Shown piece by piece: positions 31,188 through 40,794 of a DNA stretch of 64,000 nucleotides. Each line of letters begins with the position of its first letter. The stretch's first letter is position 1. This DNA is from Celerinatantimonas sp. MCCC 1A17872 (GTDB lineage: Bacteria > Pseudomonadota > Gammaproteobacteria > Enterobacterales > Celerinatantimonadaceae), in the NCBI RefSeq assembly GCF_046054195.1, contig NZ_JBEQCS010000008.1, forward strand, positions 14,090-78,089, given 5' to 3'. The notes below the pieces were generated by a model. The model did no database searches and was not told the origin of the DNA. It saw only the letters and a list, made by a program, of their open reading frames with translations. A program made the translations under genes and the position numbers.

Positions 31188-31257
31188 ATGGATAGCTCAA
31201 TGGTAGAGCAACGAACAGCAAATTCGTGTGTCGTGGGTTCAACTCCCACTCCGCTTA
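31188..31257 (+). ncRNA. tRNA-like element 2: D-arm, anticodon-like arm and T-arm, with an imperfect acceptor stem
   Basis: D-arm GCTC-AATGGTA-GAGC. Arm ACGAA-CAGCAAA-TTCGT. T-arm GTGGG-TTCAACT-CCCAC. Only 4-5 of 7 acceptor pairs form, and position 33 is not U, so this is not a functional tRNA. Confidence 0.45.
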
Positions 31258-31423
31258 ATAGAAAAATCGGTGTGAAAGTCGTTATTACCGCTGGTTGGAT
31301 ATCGCTTTTTAATAGCGGGTTATGGCAAGCAGGATAGCTCCCCATAACACAAGTTAATCAGCCATTTTCAATCAAGTCATTAACATTTCACACCATCCCG
31401 TTTGGGATAATGAGGAAAATAAG

Positions 31424-32578
31424 ATGTTTAAGAAAAAAATTACAGTTGCAGATAACGAACGAGTATTGGTCTTCAAAGCAAATCAGCTTTGTGAAGTGTT
31501 GATGCCTGGTGAATATAAATTCAAAGGCTTCTCTCAAGAACCAGAGCTTAAAACTTACGATATTGGCAAGCTCTATTTTGCCGAAGAAAATACGGTTCGT
31601 TGGTTTAAAAAATACCCAATTTTAGCTGAGCATATTGACCATTATTACGTCGAAGATAGCCAAACAGCGTTGCTGTATCTTGACGACCAACTTCAAGGGG
31701 TGGTGAGCCCTGGCTGCCATCTATATTTGTGGCGCGATGCTGGTGATATCCGTTTGGATATTATCGATATCAGCGAGCAATTGCAGTTGGATGAAGCGGT
31801 GTTAAATGCCATTCGTAAAGTGGGTGCAAATGCCGGGAGCAAGCTGTTAAAAAGCAGCCGTACTCAGGCTATTACGCCAGTTAAAGAGTTTTTAATTCCT
31901 CTGGAACATGCCGCTTTATTGTATGTAGATGGTTGTTATCAACGCCAGTTACCACCAGGGCGCTACGGCTTTTGGATGTTTCATAAAAATGTCGATGTGA
32001 AAACTATCGATGTGCGTAACAAAATGTTGGAAGTGTCGGGTCAGGAAATTTTAAGCAAAGATCGGGTTAGCTTGCGCATCAACCTCAACGCGAATGTGAA
32101 AGTGGTCGATGCTGAATTGGCGCTGTTAAGTACGGAAACCGTGATGACGTATGTCTATAACACTTTGCAGTTAGCTTTGCGTGAGGCGGTTGGTGTGAAG
32201 ACTCTCGATGAGTTGCTGCTTGATAAGCTCTATGTCAATGAAACCGTCAAAGAGCTGGTGGTGGAACCTCTCAAAGCGGTCGGTGTTGAGCTGTTAAGTG
32301 TCGGGATGAAAGACATCATTTTACCAGGTGATATGAAAGCGATTTTAAATCAGGTAGTTGAAGCGCAAAAAGCAGCCGAAGCGAATGTGATTAAACGCCG
32401 TGAAGAAACCGCGGCTACGCGTAGCTTGAACAATACCGCGAAGATGATGGAGAACAACCCAACGTTGCTGCGTCTTAAAGAGCTGGAGTCGCTAGAAAAA
32501 ATCTCCGAAAAAATCGAAAACCTGACCGTTTACGGTGGGTTAGAAGGGTTGATGAATGGCGTTGTAAAAATCGCCTAA
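31424..32578 (+). CDS. SPFH/band-7 (slipin-like) domain protein with a unique N-terminal domain
   Basis: The C-terminal half has SPFH-like β/α repeats and a coiled-coil (…EAQKAAEANVIKRREETAA…). First gene of the RtcR-controlled operon. Confidence 0.65.
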   Translation: MFKKKITVADNERVLVFKANQLCEVLMPGEYKFKGFSQEPELKTYDIGKLYFAEENTVRWFKKYPILAEHIDHYYVEDSQTALLYLDDQLQGVVSPGCHLYLWRDAGDIRLDIIDISEQLQLDEAVLNAIRKVGANAGSKLLKSSRTQAITPVKEFLIPLEHAALLYVDGCYQRQLPPGRYGFWMFHKNVDVKTIDVRNKMLEVSGQEILSKDRVSLRINLNANVKVVDAELALLSTETVMTYVYNTLQLALREAVGVKTLDELLLDKLYVNETVKELVVEPLKAVGVELLSVGMKDIILPGDMKAILNQVVEAQKAAEANVIKRREETAATRSLNNTAKMMENNPTLLRLKELESLEKISEKIENLTVYGGLEGLMNGVVKIA

Positions 32579-32625
32579 AGTAAGTTTAAGAAACGGTGGC
32601 CTTTGGCCGCCGCTAAGGAATAAAG

Positions 32626-33852
32626 ATGTGTGAACAGCATTACAACATATTAACTGGCGAGAATCGCGTGGCGATTAAAGCGTGGACCAAAGGCGTGCCG
32701 TTTGAACCTGATGCGTTAGCGCAGCTGAGTAATATTGCCGCGATGGATATTGTTCATTCGCATATTGCTGTGATGCCAGATGTGCATGTGGGCAAAGGGG
32801 CAACGATTGGCAGTGTTATTCCATCGACTAAAGCCATCATCCCATCAGCGGTGGGAGTGGATATTGGGTGTGGTATGGTTGCGTTAAAAACCAGTTTAAC
32901 GGCCAGCCAGCTGCCTGATAATTTATCAGCTATTCGTAGTGCATTTGAAGCTGCTGTGCCACATGGTAGAACCTCAGGACGAGGTAAAAATGACCGTGGG
33001 TCTTGGGGTAATATCCCTGATCTTGTGGCTCTTGAATGGGTAAAGTTAGAAGCTCAGTTTGAGCGTATCTGTGAAAAACACCCGTCGATTCGAAGCAGCA
33101 ACAATGTTCACCATTTGGGTACGATGGGCACCGGAAATCACTTTTTAGAGCTGTGCGTGGACGAAAATGAACATATTTGGCTCATGCTGCACTCCGGCAG
33201 TCGTGGGGTCGGTAACCGGATTGGTTCATATTTTATTCAACTGGCTCGTAAAGAGATGGAACGTCATCAGAGCCAATTGCCAGATATGGATTTAGCGTAT
33301 CTGCAAGAGGGAAGCGAATATTTTGATGATTATGTTGAAGCGGTGCAGTGGGCACAGGATTTCGCTGCTAAAAATCGTGAAATCATGATGATCAATGCTC
33401 TCAATGCGCTGCGCCAACAGATCCCAGTTAAGTTTGAAACGGCGAGTATCGCAGTGAATTGTCACCATAACTACGTATCGCGGGAACACCATTTTGGTAA
33501 AGACTGCTATGTGACTCGAAAAGGTGCGGTGCGCGCTGAAAAAGGCGAGTTAGGGATTATTCCCGGTAGCATGGGCGCAAAATCGTTTATCGTGCGGGGG
33601 CTTGGTAATGCACAAAGCTTTAATAGCTGTAGCCATGGTGCCGGTCGAGTGATGTCTCGGACCAAAGCTAAAAAAGTCTTTAGCATAAAAGATCAGATTG
33701 CGGCGACCCAAGGGGTTGAGTGTCGTAAAGATGCGGCTGTAATTGATGAGATCCCGCATGCTTATAAAGATATTGAGCAGGTGATGGCGGCACAAAAAGA
33801 CTTAGTAGAAGTTGTGCATACTCTTAAACAGGTCGTATGCGTTAAAGGATGA
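32626..33852 (+). CDS. rtcB: RNA-splicing ligase RtcB
   Basis: 408 aa. Metal- and GMP-binding motifs HNYVSREHHFGK…, NSCSHGAGR and the His-Gly ladder. Confidence 0.9.
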   Translation: MCEQHYNILTGENRVAIKAWTKGVPFEPDALAQLSNIAAMDIVHSHIAVMPDVHVGKGATIGSVIPSTKAIIPSAVGVDIGCGMVALKTSLTASQLPDNLSAIRSAFEAAVPHGRTSGRGKNDRGSWGNIPDLVALEWVKLEAQFERICEKHPSIRSSNNVHHLGTMGTGNHFLELCVDENEHIWLMLHSGSRGVGNRIGSYFIQLARKEMERHQSQLPDMDLAYLQEGSEYFDDYVEAVQWAQDFAAKNREIMMINALNALRQQIPVKFETASIAVNCHHNYVSREHHFGKDCYVTRKGAVRAEKGELGIIPGSMGAKSFIVRGLGNAQSFNSCSHGAGRVMSRTKAKKVFSIKDQIAATQGVECRKDAAVIDEIPHAYKDIEQVMAAQKDLVEVVHTLKQVVCVKG

Positions 33853-33947
33853 GAGTAGTCAATATAAGTGGTGGCGAGTTGGCAAGCCATTAGTCGGTAA
33901 TGAAAGTTGAGTTGTTGGCAATTCGCCATGATGATAGGGGTTGTATT

Positions 33948-34760
33948 ATGAAAGTTGTCACAAGCCAAGTGTTGCAAAATGCGGTTGCGGAGAATGTACG
34001 CCAAGAAATTGTTGCGCGCATCGCTCAAGCAGAAGCAGAGCATCAGGTTAAAGTCTTGTATGCTGTTGAATCAGGTAGCCGAGCCTGGGGGTTTGCATCA
34101 ACCAATAGCGATTATGATGTGCGATTTATCTATGCGCACGAAGCTGACTGGTATCTGAGCATGGATGTTGAGGACCAGCGTGATGTGATTGAATATCCGA
34201 TTGTCGATGAGATAGACATCAATGGGTGGGATGTGCGAAAAGCGCTTCGATTATTTCGCAAGTCAAATCCAGCGATGGTCGAGTGGTTAAGTTCGGCTCT
34301 GATTTATGCTGATGATGGCGTCTTCGCTCGTGAATTGAGGCCACTTCTTAAAACGAGTTATTCGTTAAATAAGGGAATATTTCATTATTTAAATATGGCG
34401 CGAACAAACTATCGCGGTTATCTCAAAAGCCAGGAAGTACGTGTTAAAAAGTACTTTTATGTATTGCGCCCGCTACTGGCAATTCGTTGGTTGCTGAAAT
34501 ATCAAAGCGTTGCGCCCATTGAGTTCGAAAAACTATTAACGCTGCTTGATGAAGCGGATGTTCGAGAGCAGGTTGAGCGCTTATTAGTGCTCAAGCGTAA
34601 TGGACAAGAGCTCGATAGTGGGCCGCAGATTGTGCTCATCAATCAGTTTATTGAACAAGAGCTAAATCGCTATGAAACGCTCAAGCCACTACCTAATGAC
34701 TCGATGGCTGACAGCGCGACACTCAATCGAGTTTTTAGATGTGTGCTCAACAGCCTCTAG
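33948..34760 (+). CDS. RtcB-associated Pol-beta-superfamily nucleotidyltransferase (RlaP-type)
   Basis: GS…WG…SDYD nucleotidyltransferase motif (VESGSRAWGFASTNSDYDVRFIY). Confidence 0.7.
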   Translation: MKVVTSQVLQNAVAENVRQEIVARIAQAEAEHQVKVLYAVESGSRAWGFASTNSDYDVRFIYAHEADWYLSMDVEDQRDVIEYPIVDEIDINGWDVRKALRLFRKSNPAMVEWLSSALIYADDGVFARELRPLLKTSYSLNKGIFHYLNMARTNYRGYLKSQEVRVKKYFYVLRPLLAIRWLLKYQSVAPIEFEKLLTLLDEADVREQVERLLVLKRNGQELDSGPQIVLINQFIEQELNRYETLKPLPNDSMADSATLNRVFRCVLNSL

Positions 34761-34895
34761 CTTTTCTGATATGTTTGGCTGCTCAAACGGGCAGCCCTTT
34801 TTTAGTTGGGGCGTTGGTTAAGCCCTAATCGGTGAGTTAGATGAAGGTTGGCAGACGTTGTGATAAATCCATATACACCCAGTTCAATCGCCGCT

Positions 34896-35453
34896 ATGTT
34901 AGATAGCTATCAGTATCTAGTGATTATCGATATTGAACATACCTGCACGGCTGATGGTTCGATTGTGGCTGATGAGCGCGAAATTATTGAAATCGGCGCG
35001 GTCATTGTCGATTCTCAAAATTTTGCACCGGTTGCGACGTTTGGCCGTTTTGTAAAGCCCGTACAGCATCCGATATTGGATGATTTTTGTGTTACGTTAA
35101 CGGGTATTCAACGCGCTGATGTTGCCAGTGGTGAAGGTTTCAAAGAGGTTCTTAGTGCTTTTAACCAATGGCGAAAAACTTATCGAGATTATTTGCTCTG
35201 TTCCTGGGGCAGTTATGATCAGGTGCAACTTGATTTAGACTGCCGCTATTATGCTCTGGCGCCTATTTCTGCTGAGCCTTTTTTCAATCTCAAAAAAGCC
35301 TTTGCTAAAGTGCAGCGGCTCAAATCGCAAGTCGGAATGAAGCGCGCCATGGCGCATGTTGGCCTAGCTCAACAAGGCGCTCATCACCGAGCGTTAAGCG
35401 ATGCGCAAAATATTGCTCGATTGCTGCCGTTTATATTTTTAAAAGATAAGTAG
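34896..35453 (+). CDS. DEDDh 3'-5' exonuclease (KapD/ERI-1-like)
   Basis: Exo I motif LVIIDIEHTC, then …EIIEIGAV… and a C-terminal H…D. Start uncertain; alternative TTG at 34848 or GTG at 34857. Confidence 0.65.
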   Translation: MLDSYQYLVIIDIEHTCTADGSIVADEREIIEIGAVIVDSQNFAPVATFGRFVKPVQHPILDDFCVTLTGIQRADVASGEGFKEVLSAFNQWRKTYRDYLLCSWGSYDQVQLDLDCRYYALAPISAEPFFNLKKAFAKVQRLKSQVGMKRAMAHVGLAQQGAHHRALSDAQNIARLLPFIFLKDK

Positions 35454-35686
35454 CCCCTAAAGATAGATTGCGGGTGGTCAGTTAAGTGTTATCGCCCATG
35501 AAATCGAATTTTTGGCCGATATCAGCTTAAATTCCCTCAAACTCATATCATGGTATGATTCAATTAATTTAAAAGCCAAAATCATCTGATTTAACGCCTT
35601 TGCTCACTTAAATTGAGTAAAAGTGCTTTTTTGTGTCTTTTTCCACATCTGCTCGGAATTATCAGAACAAATTAGGAGTAAACAAA

Positions 35687-36673
35687 ATGAGTTTAAGCCA
35701 AAGTAAATTGGCCATTATTGGGATGGGCCATGTTGGTTGTGCGTTAGCTCACCATCTAACTATCGGCAACTTTTGTGATGAACTTGTTCTGATAAATCGG
35801 CGCAAAGAAAAAGCTTGGGCTGAGGCTGAAGATTTAAAACACTCCTTAGGTTTTTCTGAAAGTCGGATGCGCATTTATGCCGGTGATTACACCGATTGCG
35901 GCGATGCCGATATCGTCGTGCTAGCCGTGGCCGCGCCTTATCAAGAGGGCAATACTCGCCTTGATATGCTCGATAAAGCCAGCCAGATTGTCAGTGAAAT
36001 CGTGCCACAAGTCATGCAAAGTGGCTTTGCGGGGATATTCATTGTGATTACCAACCCAGTTGATGCGATTAGCTACTTGGTCCATAAGATTTCTGGTATC
36101 CCTTCACATCGGGTCATCGGCACAGGCACCTCACTTGATTCAGCTCGGCTGAGATATTTTTTGGCAGAAACGATGGATGTCGACCCACGCAGTGTCGAAG
36201 CCCTATGCATGGGCGAGCATGGCGATTCTCAGATGATCCCATGGAGTCAGGTGACAGTTGGCGCTAAAAGCTTTACTCAAATTTTGCACGATAATCCAGA
36301 ACGACTCGAAGGCATTGATATTCACAAGGTTCAGCAAGAAATTAGTCAAATCGCCTATCAGGTGGTGAAGGCTAAAAGTGCAACCGATTATGGTATCGCT
36401 GCTGTTGCGGCGCGTATGATTAAAGCAATTGTTCGAGATGGCAATATTGTGATGCCTGCCTCTGTGATGTTAAACGGTGAGTATGCACAAAATGATGTGT
36501 ATGCCGGCGTCCCGGCAGTGATTACCCGAAATGGGATTAAAGAGTTGGTGACCTATCATCTAACTGATTCTGAAATTAGCGCATTTAAACAGTCAATCGC
36601 TGTGTTAAAAGATGCCAACCGCCAGATGCTAAGTGCACTTGGCTTGGAAACTCATGCGGGAAAATCAGAGTAA
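35687..36673 (+). CDS. ldh: L-lactate dehydrogenase
   Basis: NAD-binding KLAIIGMGHVG and the LDH signature MGEHGDSQ. AGGAGTA RBS 7 nt before the ATG at 35687. Confidence 0.75.
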   Translation: MSLSQSKLAIIGMGHVGCALAHHLTIGNFCDELVLINRRKEKAWAEAEDLKHSLGFSESRMRIYAGDYTDCGDADIVVLAVAAPYQEGNTRLDMLDKASQIVSEIVPQVMQSGFAGIFIVITNPVDAISYLVHKISGIPSHRVIGTGTSLDSARLRYFLAETMDVDPRSVEALCMGEHGDSQMIPWSQVTVGAKSFTQILHDNPERLEGIDIHKVQQEISQIAYQVVKAKSATDYGIAAVAARMIKAIVRDGNIVMPASVMLNGEYAQNDVYAGVPAVITRNGIKELVTYHLTDSEISAFKQSIAVLKDANRQMLSALGLETHAGKSE

Positions 36674-36772
36674 TTAGCGTTTTTCGAGCAGTGTTTAGTT
36701 GCCGATAAGTCAGAATAAATTAAACGCTAACTGCTCGATATATTGGTTTAATATGGCCATCAATCCAGCGCA

Positions 36773-37798
36773 TCAATGGGATAAAAATTGAGTGATAGCG
36801 CTAATGATTTGCTGGTGAATCAGCATACGCTGTGCCATTGAATCTGGGCAAAGCTTTTGCAGCGCTGGAATCTTCTTTTTACTCATTTTGCAGCGGTTAA
36901 ACCCATCAAACAGACTCGCTTGGGGAATATTAAGTTGGGTGCTGTTGGGTTGGGTCATGGTTATCTGCTTTTTACCTAAAGTGATCACAAGCGCTTTGAG
37001 GTAAGTCTGATTGGCTTTTGCGCTAAGAACACCAAGGTATTCAGGTGCAATAGCCACAACGGAGTGAATCCGTTTGTCTAAATATGATTCCAAGAGCTTG
37101 GTTTGATTGGCTTCATTAAGCGTGATTTGGTGGGATTTAAACCACTGACAATCAATTTTTTTTGCTGTGTTCCCATCACATAAATGCTGATAAGCCGAGC
37201 GGTTAATCGCCGAACCTGCCAGCATCAATCCAGTGGTTGCGCCAAAGGCAAAGCCAACAAAATGAATTTTTGTGGAATCGATGTGTTTGCGCCATTTATT
37301 ATCGGCTAATAATGCTGTTAAAACGGTTTGGGCAAGCTGTGGTCGCTGCCAGATAAAATTGACCGCATCCTTGGGACTCATTGCTCTGGGTGGATTAATT
37401 TCAGCTACGATAAATCCTTTTGTTGCAAGAGCTGAACTGAGCCATGCACCTGAGTTATCCGCACTTCGAAGCCCACCATGAAGCAGAATAACGAGTGGAT
37501 GAAGGCCGGCTTTGACAGTTTGGCTAGCGACGGCTTTTTCTCCTTGAAAGAGTGCATTTGAGCCGATTTCAATTGTTGTTGGGGGCGCTATATATTTTGC
37601 GCCATCGGGGTACCAAAGCGTCACGCTGCTTTTAAAAGCATCTTTGTCTAAATGATATTGCACCGTTGCAGGCAGAGCCGCCGATGCTTCCATCGCGTGC
37701 GCTGCAAAAATAGTAAGTGAGAGTGTAACGACTGCGAAAATACGATAAATAAAGAGTGATAATCCATATCTTGTCATAAATAAGTCCCAGAGATGCAC
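36773..37798 (-). CDS. Secreted alpha/beta-hydrolase-fold protein (dienelactone hydrolase/PAF-AH-like)
   Basis: N-terminal signal peptide. LLHGGLRSADN. The nucleophile-elbow position reads GFAFG, with Ala where Ser/Cys is expected. Confidence 0.5.
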   Translation of the reverse strand: MHLWDLFMTRYGLSLFIYRIFAVVTLSLTIFAAHAMEASAALPATVQYHLDKDAFKSSVTLWYPDGAKYIAPPTTIEIGSNALFQGEKAVASQTVKAGLHPLVILLHGGLRSADNSGAWLSSALATKGFIVAEINPPRAMSPKDAVNFIWQRPQLAQTVLTALLADNKWRKHIDSTKIHFVGFAFGATTGLMLAGSAINRSAYQHLCDGNTAKKIDCQWFKSHQITLNEANQTKLLESYLDKRIHSVVAIAPEYLGVLSAKANQTYLKALVITLGKKQITMTQPNSTQLNIPQASLFDGFNRCKMSKKKIPALQKLCPDSMAQRMLIHQQIISAITQFLSH

Positions 37799-37952
37799 TT
37801 TGCTAAAGGCCTACCAAAAGTGAAATTACAATATCCTGTAAAGCTTAAGATAGCGAGCAAATAACTTAGTATGATTATTGGGTTCTGATTAGTATTGTAA
37901 TGAGCTAATTGATATGAGTGCTGAATAGAAAAATTCGTAACACGGAGGTTTA

Positions 37953-38699
37953 ATGACTAAATACGCTGTGCTCAGTGATATTCACAGTAATATTTATGCA
38001 CTGCAAGCTGTTGTGGCTGATGCAAGAGAGCAGAATGTTAATGGATTTATTAACTTAGGCGATATCCTTTATGGCCCAATTGCGCCTCGAGCAACATATG
38101 ATTATTTACAAGAGTTAGGGGCAATTACGATTTCTGGCAATCAAGACCGACAGATATATTGCTCTAGTGCCGATGAAATCGCGAATAATCCAACAATGCA
38201 ATTTATTTTGGCTGATCTTGGGCCGCAGCCACTCGCGTGGATGAAGGCTTTGCCTTTTGATTTGCACATCAACGAGCAAATTTATGCTTGTCATGGGACG
38301 CCGCAAAGTGATTTAGTCTATCTATTAGAAAATGTCTGTGAAGGTTTTCCAAAGCTTAAGTCGGATGGTGAAATTCTTGCTCAGTTAAATGGTATTTCTT
38401 CAGCGCTTATTTTATGTGGACATACGCATATTCCCCGTTGTGTCGAACTCTCAACTGGGCAGCTTGTGATAAATCCAGGCAGCGTTGGCTTGCCAGCTTA
38501 TCGAGATGATGATCCTTGTCATCATGCTATGGAAACATTTTCATCGCGAGCATCGTATGTGATTATCGAGCAGCAATTAGAGCAAAACTGGCAGGTTGCC
38601 TTTCGCAAAGTCAGCTACGATGCTTCCCTTGCCGCTCAAAAAGCCCAAAACCAAGGCCGGCTAGATTGGTACCAAGCGTTGACCACAGGGCGCTGCTAA
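37953..38699 (+). CDS. Metallophosphoesterase (calcineurin-like)
   Basis: YAVLSDIHSN…GDILYGP…GHTH motifs. Confidence 0.7.
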   Translation: MTKYAVLSDIHSNIYALQAVVADAREQNVNGFINLGDILYGPIAPRATYDYLQELGAITISGNQDRQIYCSSADEIANNPTMQFILADLGPQPLAWMKALPFDLHINEQIYACHGTPQSDLVYLLENVCEGFPKLKSDGEILAQLNGISSALILCGHTHIPRCVELSTGQLVINPGSVGLPAYRDDDPCHHAMETFSSRASYVIIEQQLEQNWQVAFRKVSYDASLAAQKAQNQGRLDWYQALTTGRC

Positions 38700-38868
38700 T
38701 CATTGATTGGCCATAAAGGTGTATTTTTTTGTCGCGCGCTAAAGTCATTTGGCAATATTTTCTCTGACTTGTACAAATTCGGCTGTTCATCGTATTTAGA
38801 GCCGTGTGCTAGCTTAATTCCATGTCGTTTTTATCTTTTAAACGAGCAAGTATGGAATAAAGAGCGCT

Positions 38869-39996
38869 ATGGCAACTGCATTTTTTTCTATTCCAGATAT
38901 CTATTTCGGCGATCATTCGCTTCGCTTCTTAGCCAAACTATCTCAGCATAAAGTCGCTATTGTGACGGATGCTTTTATGGCTTCTTCGGGTAAAACTCAA
39001 GAATTAATTCAAGCAATGCCTGATGCCCGTGTTGCGGTATTTTCTGAGGTGACACCGGACCCGAGTGTTGATGTTTTAAAAGCGGGCGTGAAGCAATTGC
39101 AACATTTTCATCCAGATACAATCATTGCGCTGGGCGGTGGCTCATCACTTGATGCGGCAAAAGGCATCAAAGTGACTCTAGAAGATTATGATCAAAGCCA
39201 GAAAATTGAATTAATTGCGATACCGACAACCAGTGGTTCTGGTTCAGAAGTAACTTCGTATGCGATTATCTCAGACCCTGCAAATGGGCATAAATACCCA
39301 CTCATTTCCAAAGAGTTAGTCCCTGATTGCGCAATTCTCGATCCGCAATTAGTTATGAGTGTGCCAACGCATGTCTCGATGGATACGGGCATGGATGTGT
39401 TAACCCACGCCATTGAAGCCATTGTATCAACCGGTGCTAATGACTTTAGTGATGCACTTGCGCAAAAGGCTATCGCTTTGACCACCATGAATTTACCACT
39501 GATTTTTCAAAACCCACAAGATATCGTTGCGCGTGAACATATGCACAACGCGTCATGCATGGCGGGGATGGCATTTAATAGTGCCGGCCTTGGACTGGTG
39601 CATGCGATGGCCCACGCGATTGGCGGAATGTTACACATTGCCCATGGCCGAGCTAATGCCATGTTATTGGCGTTAGTCATTGAGTTTAATGCCAAAGATA
39701 ACAATGCGAAAACCCTCGCAAATTATCATCGTTGTGCCCAGATGATGGGGATTAAAGAAGACAGTGATACAGCGGCCATTGCTGCAATGGTTCGCATGAT
39801 TCGTTTCTTTAATCAACGCTTTGGTATTGCTAATACCTTGATCGAAATGGGCAAAAATAGCGCTGAGCTTGAAGCGTTGCGCCCATCTATCGTGGCGGCT
39901 GCGCAAAATGACCGCTGCCTTGCTAGCAATCCTCGTTCAGTTGGTGAGAGCGAGCTTAGCGAGTTGTTTAATCGCGTTGCCGGGCTATCTGGATAA
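38869..39996 (+). CDS. Iron-containing alcohol dehydrogenase (EutG/PduQ-like)
   Basis: ALGGGSSLDAAKG NAD motif and an Fe-binding His cluster (HAMAHAIGG). First gene of the BMC operon. Confidence 0.85.
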   Translation: MATAFFSIPDIYFGDHSLRFLAKLSQHKVAIVTDAFMASSGKTQELIQAMPDARVAVFSEVTPDPSVDVLKAGVKQLQHFHPDTIIALGGGSSLDAAKGIKVTLEDYDQSQKIELIAIPTTSGSGSEVTSYAIISDPANGHKYPLISKELVPDCAILDPQLVMSVPTHVSMDTGMDVLTHAIEAIVSTGANDFSDALAQKAIALTTMNLPLIFQNPQDIVAREHMHNASCMAGMAFNSAGLGLVHAMAHAIGGMLHIAHGRANAMLLALVIEFNAKDNNAKTLANYHRCAQMMGIKEDSDTAAIAAMVRMIRFFNQRFGIANTLIEMGKNSAELEALRPSIVAAAQNDRCLASNPRSVGESELSELFNRVAGLSG

Positions 39997-40101
39997 GATT
40001 GTCTTGCGCTTTCAAGCTGGTAAAAAAAGTGCAGCGTAAAGGCAAAAACAATAAATCCAAACCTCATAGTCTAATAGTATCGATTGTTTTGGGGAGCAGT
40101 T

Positions 40102-40794
40102 ATGAATGATGTCCAAGTGCAGGCCGCTCTAATTACCCGGCAAATTATGCAGGAGTTAGTAAAAAAAGAGGCCGTTGCCGTTAACTCTTGTACCCAATTA
40201 TCAACAAAACTTGCGGTTCCTGTTGGAATATCGAATCGGCATGTGCATTTAAGCCGCGAAGATATGGACGTCTTATTTGGCAGTGGCGTTGAGCTAACTC
40301 GTTATAAAGCGGTCAAGCAGCCCGGCCAATATGCAGCTGATCAGACTGTGGTTTTGCGCGGCCCAAAAGGGGAGATTCAACGAGTCCGTATTCTTGGGCC
40401 GTTAAGAAGCGCCACTCAGATAGAGATTTCAATTGCAGATAGCTTCACCTTGGGAGTTAAAGCGCCACTTAGGATGTCTGGAGAGTTAGATAATTCCGCT
40501 GGTATTGAGATAGTGGGGCCTCGGGGCGTGGTGAAAAAAGATCATGGTGCAATCGTTGCCTGGCGACATATCCATATTTCACCTCAGGATGCTGAGCATT
40601 TTCAGCTCAGTGATGGTATGCAAATTGATGTTCAAACCCAAGGTGCTAGAGGCGGAATCTTGCAGCATGTGGTCGTTCGCGTGAGCTCTGATGCGGTGCT
40701 TGAAATGCATCTTGATGTTGAAGAAGCCAATGCACTAGGGCTTAAAAATGGTGATTTAGTTTATGGCTTAAGCAAGGCTTGCTCCCATGGCTAA
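40102..40794 (+). CDS. pduL: Phosphate propanoyl/acetyl-transferase PduL
   Basis: VPVGISNRHVHLS… and a second …AWRHIHISPQD repeat, characteristic of PduL. Confidence 0.85.
   Translation: MNDVQVQAALITRQIMQELVKKEAVAVNSCTQLSTKLAVPVGISNRHVHLSREDMDVLFGSGVELTRYKAVKQPGQYAADQTVVLRGPKGEIQRVRILGPLRSATQIEISIADSFTLGVKAPLRMSGELDNSAGIEIVGPRGVVKKDHGAIVAWRHIHISPQDAEHFQLSDGMQIDVQTQGARGGILQHVVVRVSSDAVLEMHLDVEEANALGLKNGDLVYGLSKACSHG

Noticed and set aside
30952-31242. 96-aa minus-strand ORF overlapping the rtc leader
   Set aside because: Low-complexity AT-rich translation (NFKFKK…). It overlaps the sigma54 promoter and the tRNA-like elements, and has no RBS.
31188-31257. Possible genuine tRNA (tRNA-Cys, anticodon GCA) upstream of rtcB
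   Set aside because: The 5' and 3' acceptor strands (CAATGGA / TCCGCTT) do not form a 7-bp stem, and position 33 is A, not U. The neighbouring element has only acceptor plus T-arm. I treat these as tRNA-like mimics, not tRNA genes.
38703-38951. 82-aa ORF overlapping the start of the alcohol dehydrogenase gene
   Set aside because: Overlaps the promoter/RBS region and the first 80 nt of a strongly supported CDS in another frame.
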